From a virus (taxonomy: Duplodnaviria; Heunggongvirae; Uroviricota; Caudoviricetes), in IMG/VR virus record IMGVR_UViG_3300035659_001474, positions 21,110 through 85,109 of that record: 64,000 nucleotides of DNA. One strand, given 5' to 3'. The stretch's first letter is position 1, and each line of letters begins with the position of its first letter. The position numbers and the translations under genes are program-made. Below are positions 8,373 through 15,440 of this stretch, one piece after another. The notes beneath the pieces were generated by a model. That model was not told the origin of the DNA, ran no database searches, and saw nothing but the letters and a program-made list of their open reading frames with translations.

Positions 8373-9383
8373 TTATTCGTCTTCTTCACTAGCTTTCATG
8401 TTATGAATTGGTTTGATCTTATTCAGAATTTTTGCTGTAGGTTCTATAGCTTGCTCAATGAATGTTGAATCTTTGTACGCTCCTGGAGACTCATCAAGAG
8501 TAGCTTGTCCTACCGATGTAGAATAAATGCCTTCCATTTGTGATTTGAATGTCTCTACACTTAATTTTCTTTTAGCTTCTCCACGACTCAAAACTCTACC
8601 GGCTCCATGTGGCGCAGAAAAATTCCATTCTGGATTTGATTTACCTTCACAAACCAAAATACCATCTCTCATATTAAATGGAATAATCATGCGTTCACCA
8701 ATATAAGATCTAATAGCACCCTTTCGAATAATGAAGTCATGAAAATCGATAAAATTATGAACAGTGTCTATTTGATCTACGGGTGTCACTTTCAAAATGT
8801 CACATATAATAGACACTATATATTTTCGATTAACTTCAGCATAAATCTGAGAAAATATCATGTCAAACAAATACCCGGCAGCATCTTCTCCTTCTAACCA
8901 TTCACATCCCTTCATATCAATGTTAGGTTTAGCAACTGCTTTCAAAGCTTTGATCTTAGTATATAATTCTTTACCATCTTGAACAGTTTCTTTCAAGACT
9001 TTAATTTGCTCTTGAATAATAGACTGTCTGTCACATTTATGAAATTTCTCAGCTTTATTTTGCCAGTATTCACAAATACGTTTTCCAAAATTGCGACTGC
9101 CAGTATGAATCGTAATCCAATAATCTCCGTCATTACTAATGCCTGTTTCAATGAAATGGTTTCCTCCACCAATAGTGTCAATAGAATTTATTGCACGTCG
9201 AGTACTTCCACCAGTTGACTCATATTTCTCTAAAAACCAATTCATATCGTATTGAACTGGAGAAATGTCCCCAAATTTCTCTCGATATGCTAAAGCAAAT
9301 TTCTGAGCCAACACATTAGCCTGATGCCACGGAAATTCCTTTCTCCATATTGATGACAGAATTTTCATGCGTTTGCATGCCAA
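8373..9383 (-). CDS. rtcB: RtcB RNA ligase, C-terminal two thirds (in a different frame from the N-terminal part)
   Basis: RtcB motifs GGGNHFIE, HTGSRNFG and SAPHGAGR. The frame already matches RtcB at 'CKR', upstream of the annotated TTG start. Confidence 0.7.
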   Translation of the reverse strand: MACKRMKILSSIWRKEFPWHQANVLAQKFALAYREKFGDISPVQYDMNWFLEKYESTGGSTRRAINSIDTIGGGNHFIETGISNDGDYWITIHTGSRNFGKRICEYWQNKAEKFHKCDRQSIIQEQIKVLKETVQDGKELYTKIKALKAVAKPNIDMKGCEWLEGEDAAGYLFDMIFSQIYAEVNRKYIVSIICDILKVTPVDQIDTVHNFIDFHDFIIRKGAIRSYIGERMIIPFNMRDGILVCEGKSNPEWNFSAPHGAGRVLSRGEAKRKLSVETFKSQMEGIYSTSVGQATLDESPGAYKDSTFIEQAIEPTAKILNKIKPIHNMKASEEDE

Positions 9384-10785
9384 ACGGCACTCTTTGCCTA
9401 ATTCTATGATCTAACAACTCAAGAGTAATAGAAAGACTTTTTCCTATATTAAATGAAGTCATCCCGCAATTATGAACAAATACACCTGCAGCTAGTGCAA
9501 AGTTGCTATACTCTTCAATTGTCAAACAATATACATCTGTTGGTAAACAATCTATTAGTTCAATATTTTTTACAGAATGATTTTGTACCCGTTTAAAGTC
9601 TTTGAAAACTAATTTTAGATGCGCTGCATCAGTTTTTAATGCTTTTAGATGATTAAAGACACCAAAAGCGCTTTTAACTTGTGCATGACATATTGGACAT
9701 TCATATAGTCTATTACCTATTTCTGTAGACTTCTTTATTCCTTTTTCTGATTTAGAATAAGCAATCAAATATTCTCTGCCTCGTTTTCCGGCTAATTTTG
9801 CCATTTCTTTAAATTTATCTGTTTTACAAAATTCTTGAAATGTCTTAGCTGCTCTAATTTTTAGATTTTTGGCAAATTCTGGATCTTTGTGTAATGCACT
9901 CATTTTTTCTGATGACATTTTTGAAAATCTATCTCTATGCTTTTGCCACGTCCTTGTCCAACCGCCACTACCATCTTTATTTGCGATTAATGTATGACTA
10001 GCATGCAAAGTTCGATGATTAGCCCACGACATTCTGACAATATTTGTAGGATTATTATTATACTTATTAAAGTCATCGTGATGTCGAATAAATTTCGATG
10101 TTAATGCAACCATTCTATGACGAACATTGTAATCGTCCGCAAGCAAATGTATAAAATCATATAAATTTGTATATGGATTGTAAACTACAAAATACTCTTT
10201 TAACTTCCAACATTTATTAATCTTTGACAATTGTTCACGAACAACATCTTTCACTTTCACAATATATAATGGTAGTAATGACTGATTAACTGTTAATTGA
10301 TCAGCACGTGTTTCTTCATTGTTTCTCGTATAAAAAATCTGATCAATAGTAGAATAAATTGTTTCATTATTATCTAATGTAACTTTCGCAAGTCGATCGA
10401 CTGTTCTTGTTTTCTTGACAGATAATATTTTCGTAATTACAATATTGCCATGATCATCTTTAGCAAACACATAATTATCTTTATTAGCATTAAAATCATC
10501 TAATAATTCTAACATAGTTAATTCTTTATTATTTGCTAATTTAACTTTTGTATCTTGAGTAAAACATCCAATATCTACGCCCACAACATTGGGAATTGTT
10601 TTATCAGTCATTGGCATCGTAAATCCAATAACAGATCCTTTGCCTGCATGAGTATCAGGCATGATTGCAATTGGATTTGTAAATGCTGGATGATTTACAA
10701 AATTAGTAATCTGAGCAGCGCAAGACTGTTCAATTTGATCAATCATGACTTTTGCAGTTGTGTATTTGCCAGGATATTCAATCAT
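9316..10785 (-). CDS. rtcB: RtcB RNA ligase N-terminal extein, a ~366-aa intein, and a 50-aa C-extein segment
   Basis: MPDTHAGKG and VGVDIG are followed by an intein with an N-terminal Cys (CFTQDTKV...) and the C-terminal ...VFVHN|CGM junction. The C-extein reads CGMTSF..IRQRVPFG, matching RtcB DIGCGM...VPHG. Confidence 0.7.
   Translation of the reverse strand: MIEYPGKYTTAKVMIDQIEQSCAAQITNFVNHPAFTNPIAIMPDTHAGKGSVIGFTMPMTDKTIPNVVGVDIGCFTQDTKVKLANNKELTMLELLDDFNANKDNYVFAKDDHGNIVITKILSVKKTRTVDRLAKVTLDNNETIYSTIDQIFYTRNNEETRADQLTVNQSLLPLYIVKVKDVVREQLSKINKCWKLKEYFVVYNPYTNLYDFIHLLADDYNVRHRMVALTSKFIRHHDDFNKYNNNPTNIVRMSWANHRTLHASHTLIANKDGSGGWTRTWQKHRDRFSKMSSEKMSALHKDPEFAKNLKIRAAKTFQEFCKTDKFKEMAKLAGKRGREYLIAYSKSEKGIKKSTEIGNRLYECPICHAQVKSAFGVFNHLKALKTDAAHLKLVFKDFKRVQNHSVKNIELIDCLPTDVYCLTIEEYSNFALAAGVFVHNCGMTSFNIGKSLSITLELLDHRIRQRVPFGMQTHENSVINMEKGISVASG
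9469..10566 (-). mobile_element. intein inserted in the RtcB DIG|CGM motif, with an internal putative homing-endonuclease region (possibly HNH-like)
   Basis: The intein's splice-junction residues are a Cys at residue 74 and a terminal HN before the +1 Cys. The 366-aa insert contains a central basic, His/Cys-containing domain (ECPICHAQV..FNHLKA). Confidence 0.6.
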
Positions 10786-11210
10786 TTCTTAATTCCAACT
10801 AGAATAGGATCAGGAATTGGTATTTCAATTCCTATTGGACGCCATAAATGTAAACAATATGGATGTTGATTCACATATAGACTTTTTGGTGGATGAAATT
10901 GAAATACTGCATCTTCATCGTCCCAAAATAGATCTTTTACTTGACTCATTTCAATCCAATTCGGACATCGATTCTGCAATGACACTGAAACATGCTCCCA
11001 ACCAAGACCGTCACTAGCTATAGTAGTTACTACAGTACCAATCTTAGTCGGTATGTAAAATGCGCCATTGTTACCATAAGAGTCATCACTTGCATAATCG
11101 CCATCACCTCGTATTCGATGTCTATTTGGTACGTGAAACACGCTTTGTCCAAATGTTGAAATTACTGAGTTTGTATAATGAAATGACTGTATCAATGACT
11201 TCTTGATCAT
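10782..11210 (-). CDS. hypothetical protein
   Basis: ORF track. The ATGA overlaps the rtcB start. Confidence 0.35.
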   Translation of the reverse strand: MIKKSLIQSFHYTNSVISTFGQSVFHVPNRHRIRGDGDYASDDSYGNNGAFYIPTKIGTVVTTIASDGLGWEHVSVSLQNRCPNWIEMSQVKDLFWDDEDAVFQFHPPKSLYVNQHPYCLHLWRPIGIEIPIPDPILVGIKK

Positions 11211-11787
11211 CTGTGTACTTTGTATAAAGCATAGTCTTCAAATCAGGTTTGTTTCCAACTTTATCAGAACCGTCTTTGATCTCAGTTTTTCTGTTCTTGA
11301 AAGCGTCCACAAAATCGCAAATAGATATGATTGTGGAAATCTCTAGAACTTTTTTAATAGTTGACGGCGACCAATTCTCAGGAAAAGCATTTTGATCTAA
11401 ACCGTACCCAGCTTTGTAAAGATTATGATGCAAACCCGCGCAAAGTGCCGTAAACATGTGAAGCTTTTTGAGAGCCTTATAACCTGCCTGAGCATGAGTC
11501 TTGACATGATCATACTCTATAGCATCTATATTGCGTCCATCAAATAGTTCTGCAGGCAATAGAAGCTTGCCGGCATCATGTAAGAGACCTGCAAAGAAAG
11601 CCGCTTTTGCATCTTTACGTAGAGCTTTTGCAGTGGCTTCTGCAAGTAAAGCTACTCTTTCCAAGTGATCTTTTGTAGAAGCATGATTGACGTCACACAT
11701 TGCTAGAATCAAACGAGCAGTATGAGCAAGATCACCCTTTGGATTGTATGTTCGAATTTTTGATTCAATCAACGTAGATCGCTTCAT
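11122..11787 (-). CDS. HD-domain phosphohydrolase
   Basis: H..H...AGLLHDAGK motif and a downstream HH pair. Confidence 0.55.
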   Translation of the reverse strand: MKRSTLIESKIRTYNPKGDLAHTARLILAMCDVNHASTKDHLERVALLAEATAKALRKDAKAAFFAGLLHDAGKLLLPAELFDGRNIDAIEYDHVKTHAQAGYKALKKLHMFTALCAGLHHNLYKAGYGLDQNAFPENWSPSTIKKVLEISTIISICDFVDAFKNRKTEIKDGSDKVGNKPDLKTMLYTKYTDDQEVIDTVISLYKLSNFNIWTKRVSRTK

Positions 11788-11788
11788 A

Positions 11789-12442
11789 TCAAAATTCCTT
11801 TGGATCGTAATCCAAACATTCTTTCTTCAAACGATTTAGTTTCTTTGGACAATATGGCATGTCGAATCCAACTTCTTTAAGTATTACTACATTTTTGCAA
11901 TTTTCACATCGTTCTATTGCATATTCTAATAGTCGAGTTTCCCATTGTTCATCTTCCTGATAAGCTCGACAAAAATCTGGAAATAGTTCGACTTTTTGCG
12001 CACATCGATAAATGGTCTTACCTATTTCTATATCGATCATCTCATGATATTCACAATTTCCACAGCGATCCATTGCTGCATCACGACTTTCATGCTCTAC
12101 TGAATGCATAAGATAATCAGATTTACCCTCATCTGATTCTAGGTAAGTTTGGGCATCTATACCAGCTGACTTAAGCAATTGAAAAGACTGATCAACAAAT
12201 TCTTGCTCTCGTGTCAAAATTTCTTCAGGTGTTTGTTCTAATGTCTTAAATCGAGTTAATCGATACACTCGACTAATCAACTGTGCTTTCAATTCTGCCG
12301 GTGTTTTCTGTGAATTCAAAAAGTTAGTATAACATTGAGGTGAACAGCATCTATAGTTAACTAACATCTCACCATAGACACGAATTATTTCTTTGACATT
12401 AAATTGTTTACTGCAGACTCTACAAGTTAATTGGTTTTGCAT
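11789..12442 (-). CDS. CxxC-rich zinc-binding hypothetical protein (real start MQNQLTCRVC)
   Basis: The ORF-track entry 11789..12712 runs on through a tRNA gene. The tRNA translates as ...LVEQQLLDLRVVGSNPARG, a typical tRNA read-through artefact. The first ATG downstream of the tRNA is at 12440-12442. Confidence 0.45.
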   Translation of the reverse strand: MQNQLTCRVCSKQFNVKEIIRVYGEMLVNYRCCSPQCYTNFLNSQKTPAELKAQLISRVYRLTRFKTLEQTPEEILTREQEFVDQSFQLLKSAGIDAQTYLESDEGKSDYLMHSVEHESRDAAMDRCGNCEYHEMIDIEIGKTIYRCAQKVELFPDFCRAYQEDEQWETRLLEYAIERCENCKNVVILKEVGFDMPYCPKKLNRLKKECLDYDPKEF

Positions 12443-12474
12443 ATAGATATAATCAGTTGAAAAAGCTATGAAAA

Positions 12475-12547
12475 TGCCTCGAGCCGGATTCGAACCGACA
12501 ACACGCAGATCTAGAAGCTGCTGTTCCACCAATTGAACTATCGAGGC
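12475..12547 (-). tRNA. tRNA with anticodon CUA (amber suppressor); isotype not assignable
   Basis: Manual fold has a perfect 7-bp acceptor stem (GCCTCGA/TCGAGGC), a D arm with GG, the anticodon loop TT-CTA-GA, a 5-nt variable loop, the T loop TTCGAAT and discriminator A. CCA is not encoded. Confidence 0.8.
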
Positions 12548-12554
12548 ATTCTCT

Positions 12555-12860
12555 TCATGCAAGTGGTAGAGATTTGAAAATCTCACCAGTGTCATAGCAA
12601 GCCATAGCTGTTGGTCTATTCTCCTGATCTGGTTCAATAAAAGTCGTAGACTGTTTATTTTGCAGACATAAGAGACTTGACCATTGCTCAATTCCACTTG
12701 CAAAACGGACACCTAAAAATATCAAATGCCCATTATTCCACTGATGAAATATTTCAGGATATCTCAGTGCAAAAGCTGCCAATGCATGAGCACCCTGCAC
12801 ACAACGATATGTTTCATCCAGATCACTACGCACAAGCACATACATCTTTGGCTTGTCCAT
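12555..12860 (-). CDS. PTH2-type (archaeal/eukaryotic-type) peptidyl-tRNA hydrolase-like protein
   Basis: KMYVLVRSDLDETYRCVQGAHALAA matches the PTH2 motif KMVLVVRxDLxMGKGKIAAQCSHAA. The start is probably the internal MDKPKM; the ORF track gives 12555..12938. Confidence 0.5.
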   Translation of the reverse strand: MDKPKMYVLVRSDLDETYRCVQGAHALAAFALRYPEIFHQWNNGHLIFLGVRFASGIEQWSSLLCLQNKQSTTFIEPDQENRPTAMACYDTGEIFKSLPLA

Positions 12861-13119
12861 GTTGGATCTCCTGGATGAATTGTTGAACAATGTCCATGTT
12901 CGGTTCATTACCTTCACGAGGCTTCTCAATGCACTCATACGGCGTTCCTCTCAGAATGCAGTAAGCAATATGCTTGAGCCGAATATGTGATTTCATTATG
13001 TGCAATTGACATTGTTTTAATGCGCTTGCGGTAGTGTGAGGTTTTGAAAGTTCGACTTTAGACTGTCGAATCTCGAGGGCTTTAGTCTTGAGTTCATTCT
13101 TAAGAATTGTCAAATCCAT
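12826..13119 (-). CDS. hypothetical protein
   Basis: ORF track. Confidence 0.3.
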   Translation of the reverse strand: MDLTILKNELKTKALEIRQSKVELSKPHTTASALKQCQLHIMKSHIRLKHIAYCILRGTPYECIEKPREGNEPNMDIVQQFIQEIQHGQAKDVCACA

Positions 13120-13214
13120 GATATACTCCTGTTTTATTGTTGTTCGTTGACAGACAATTAACCTAGAAGTATATCAGGAGGTGCTCTTATTAGCACCTAT
13201 GTGAAGCCACTAAT

Positions 13215-13391
13215 CTACAACATAGCGACATCCTTTTTAATGAGTTCTATATCATCATCAAACCAACAGCGAGTCTCATTCATTGAATCTTGCACTACAA
13301 CGACACCACTTGCATGATCAATTTCTTTGATCACACCTGTTTTGTCAAGCTTGACATTCTTGACACAATCATTGATGCTGTAGAACTTCAT
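13215..13391 (-). CDS. small hypothetical ORF (58 aa, MKFYSINDCVKN...)
   Basis: Manual translation of a gap not covered by the ORF track. Confidence 0.2.
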   Translation of the reverse strand: MKFYSINDCVKNVKLDKTGVIKEIDHASGVVVVQDSMNETRCWFDDDIELIKKDVAML

Positions 13392-13394
13392 ACA

Positions 13395-13778
13395 TTACTT
13401 TTTGACTGGAGCAGGGCAACCTTGCTGCTGTTCAATAACATCAGGCTCAGTCTTTACTGCTTCTGCATGAGGCGTATTGATGACTGCGCTTACGCTAGCG
13501 ACAATTTTCTCTTCAACTGTCGCAACCGGCACTGGTATTTCAACACACTTTGATTGGGCCGGACTACAACGCAAACACATTGAATTCGTGCATCTTTCAG
13601 TATGCTCATGCTCAGTTGCATGATCACATGCGATATATGGTTTGTCAGTTTTGTTTTTACCAGCAACAGCTGTCTTGAGTATTCCGCATGTCTTAACATT
13701 CTCACAGATAACCATTTCTCTACTCCTTGTAAATAATTGAAAGTTTCTTAACTTATACTTAATCATGCTAATTATCAA
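13395..13778 (-). CDS. Cys/His-rich hypothetical protein
   Basis: ORF track. Contains CDHATEHEHTERCTNSMCLRCS. Confidence 0.35.
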   Translation of the reverse strand: MIISMIKYKLRNFQLFTRSREMVICENVKTCGILKTAVAGKNKTDKPYIACDHATEHEHTERCTNSMCLRCSPAQSKCVEIPVPVATVEEKIVASVSAVINTPHAEAVKTEPDVIEQQQGCPAPVKK

Positions 13779-13783
13779 TGAAA

Positions 13784-13854
13784 GCCACTAGGAGGATGCG
13801 AGCCCCCGACCGACTGCTTACGAAGCAGTTGCTCTACCAGCTGAGCTATAGTGG
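13784..13854 (-). tRNA. tRNA-Thr (anticodon CGU)
   Basis: Manual fold has acceptor GCCACTA/TAGTGGC, a D loop with GG, the anticodon loop TT-CGT-AA and the T loop CTCGCAT. Confidence 0.8.
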
Positions 13855-13867
13855 CAATTTCAAAAAC

Positions 13868-13942
13868 TGGAGACGGCGGGGAGAATCGGACTCCCGGTAT
13901 CGGTTTTGCAGACCGAGGCTTTAACCACTTAGCTACGCCGTC
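13868..13942 (-). tRNA. tRNA-Cys (anticodon GCA), CCA encoded
   Basis: Manual fold has acceptor GACGGCG/CGCCGTC, the anticodon loop CT-GCA-AA, the T loop GTCCGATTC and a 3' TCCA. Confidence 0.85.
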
Positions 13943-13956
13943 GCATTAATAGCTTT

Positions 13957-14181
13957 TCATCTGTGCATTCCACATTTCATCACAATTTCTGCACAGCTTG
14001 CAACTATCATTGCAAAATAGTCAAATGATTCAAATTCTTTTACTTTAAGTTCATCAAGTTTGCTTAGTATTTTTATTACTTGATGTTGTTCAAATAGTAA
14101 TGGTATCTGTTTAGATTTAGTGCCACAGTGTATACACATTTGTGACATATCATTCACTGGACTGAAAATTACAGATGCCAT
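13957..14181 (-). CDS. hypothetical protein
   Basis: ORF track. Confidence 0.3.
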   Translation of the reverse strand: MASVIFSPVNDMSQMCIHCGTKSKQIPLLFEQHQVIKILSKLDELKVKEFESFDYFAMIVASCAEIVMKCGMHR

Positions 14182-14227
14182 TTTGTTTTCTACAATGAAG
14201 TCTATCTATCCACATAGTATGTCAAAA

Positions 14228-14319
14228 TGGCGGAGAATACAGGATTCGAACCTGTGGAGGTTTTTAAAGTCCTCACTACGTTAGCACCATAGAGCCTTAA
14301 ACCACTCGGCCAATTCTCC
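14228..14319 (-). tRNA. tRNA-Ser (anticodon GCU), type II with a long variable arm, CCA encoded
   Basis: Manual fold has acceptor GGAGAAT/ATTCTCC, a 3-bp D stem, the anticodon loop GT-GCT-AA, a long variable stem (GTGAGG...CCTCCAC) and the T loop TTCGAAT. Confidence 0.85.
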
Positions 14320-14655
14320 GTGCTGAATATGTCGCTTTTCTTGAATTGTTTTTTCATCGAAGTATTTTCTTGGATTACCACATCCCATGCATGAGCAAAG
14401 TTTCGTCGTATGTCTATGACGTCGTTCAGATTTTGTCACCCATTCAGGATGTTGCAATTTCGTAAGCTGACTGTAAAAGTTGACTACACGTTTCTTACTC
14501 TTCTTGACTCCAACAAGAAAACGTTCTTTCCTGTTCACTGGATGTGACATGATGACTCCTTTTGTTAGCGCCACTAAGTGCGCGTTCATGTGGATGCCAT
14601 CATGTACTCCTTTCAGTGTATTTGTCTGTAAAACAATTGCCGCAAGCACTGTCAT
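14281..14655 (-). CDS. doubtful ORF whose C-terminus is a translation of tRNA-Ser
   Basis: The ORF ends ...GELAEWFKALWC, which lies inside the tRNA. Any real coding part would be shorter, or the ORF is spurious. Confidence 0.2.
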   Translation of the reverse strand: MTVLAAIVLQTNTLKGVHDGIHMNAHLVALTKGVIMSHPVNRKERFLVGVKKSKKRVVNFYSQLTKLQHPEWVTKSERRHRHTTKLCSCMGCGNPRKYFDEKTIQEKRHIQHGELAEWFKALWC

Positions 14656-14679
14656 TAAATCGGTTGATTAGCAAATTAA

Positions 14680-14951
14680 CTGGCGAGAAGGGACTCGAAC
14701 CCCCAACCATCTGGTTACACTTATCCACATATTTTTATGTGGCGTGGACTTTCTCTTCACCTTGTCTATTACTAGATTTAGGTGCACCGTGTAAAGTCTC
14801 TACACATAAGAGCTTTTTTTACTCTCTTGCTCGGGATTGCCATAGATAGATTCCTTAGGTTTCCCCGACTTAGCGGCGTGTTCATCTAAATATTTCTATT
14901 TAGAGCTGCGTTTACCCACAGCCAGATGCTCTGCCATTGAGCTACTCGCCA
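14680..14951 (-). tRNA. tRNA interrupted by a group I intron in the anticodon loop. Exon 1 is 14918..14951 and exon 2 is 14680..14717. The best reading is tRNA-Asn (GUU); tRNA-Thr (UGU) is the alternative.
   Basis: The 5' half reads TGGCGAG-TA-GCTCAATGGCAGAGC-A-TCTGG-CTGT. The 3' half reads TAA-CCAGA-TGGTT-GGGGGTTCGAGTCCCTT-CTCGCCA-G. The acceptor pairs perfectly (TGGCGAG/CTCGCCA) and the anticodon stem is TCTGG/CCAGA. The splice site follows a U, and the intron ends in G. Confidence 0.7.
14718..14917 (-). ncRNA. group I self-splicing intron (IC3-like, tRNA anticodon-loop type)
   Basis: The intron contains GGGGAAACCTAAGG, a GGCAATCCCGAGCAAG Q-like element, a GTGTAGAGACTTTACACGG R/P7-like element, CCTAAATCTAGTAATAGACAAGG and GAAAGTCCACG. 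All are close to the Azoarcus and Anabaena tRNA intron cores. A 6-bp P1 can form between exon GGCUGU and intron GCAGCU. Confidence 0.7.
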
Positions 14952-14974
14952 ATAATTTCAAAGAACTATCAAAG

Positions 14975-15050
14975 TGGTGGCTGCGTCCGAAGTTGAATCG
15001 GAGGCCTCTTGTGCTTCAAACAAGCGCTCTACCGACTGAGCTACACAGCC
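14975..15050 (-). tRNA. tRNA-Phe (anticodon GAA), CCA encoded
   Basis: Manual fold has acceptor GGCTGTG/CGCAGCC, D arm GCTCAGTCGGTAGAGC, the anticodon loop TT-GAA-GC and the T loop TTCAACT. Confidence 0.85.
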
Positions 15051-15086
15051 ATGATTCTTCATCGTGTTCATCCCAATAAAAAAGCT

Positions 15087-15117
15087 CCATCGATCAATGA
15101 CCGGTGGAGCTTTTTTT
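15087..15117. terminator. hairpin flanked by an A-tract and a T-tract, resembling a bidirectional terminator, in the divergent region
   Basis: Sequence aaaaAGCTCCAtcg-atcaatga-ccgGTGGAGCTttttttt. Confidence 0.35.
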
Positions 15118-15245
15118 AGTAGAAGATTTTGAGTTATCTATCTACGCAAACTCCACCAGTTCATTTCTGCTATTACTAAAGCAGAAATTACACGTGCAAT
15201 TGCTATTGCTAAACGTGTTGTTGGTGGTAATTCGCATCTTCGTTC

Positions 15246-15274
15246 CTTTAGTGAAAATTGTTCTTGTGTATAAT
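15246..15274 (+). promoter_or_regulatory. candidate extended -10 promoter (TGTGTATAAT) for the plus-strand block
   Basis: ttcttgTGTGTATAATataatc lies ~170 bp upstream of the first plus-strand gene. The -35 element is weak. Confidence 0.25.
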
Positions 15275-15440
15275 ATAATCAAAATTATCAAAAGATGTTC
15301 AATTATTTCTCAAAATATTAATCATATATATAGTCGTAGAAAAACCATTGCTTAATTATTGTTTGATTTCTATCACTCTAAATATGATGACAGTCATAAT
15401 CGTTGTTAAAATATAGCAACATAACTGAAAGGATGTCAAA

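Noticed and set aside
9384-9446. Possible amber read-through joining the two RtcB reading frames via the CUA suppressor tRNA
   Set aside because: The upstream extension of the second frame contains two TAG codons within 33 nt and encodes nonsense (…EKVFLLLLSC*IIELGKECRL). The two RtcB segments are in different frames, so a frameshift or indel is needed, not stop suppression.
11789-12712. A 307-aa ORF in the six-frame track
   Set aside because: Its middle section, ...IVQLVEQQLLDLRVVGSNPARGIFIAF, is the in-frame translation of the CUA tRNA gene (12475..12547). The ORF is an artefact of reading through a tRNA. The real CDS is 11789..12442.
14281-14655. A 124-aa ORF ending ...GELAEWFKALWC
   Set aside because: The C-terminal residues are a translation of the 5' half of tRNA-Ser (14228..14319). 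The ORF is either spurious or substantially shorter, so it is retained only as a low-confidence feature.
13784-15050. An additional tRNA between tRNA-Ser and the intron-containing tRNA (14320..14679)
   Set aside because: No acceptor or T-arm pairing could be folded there. The region is occupied by the doubtful ORF 14281..14655.
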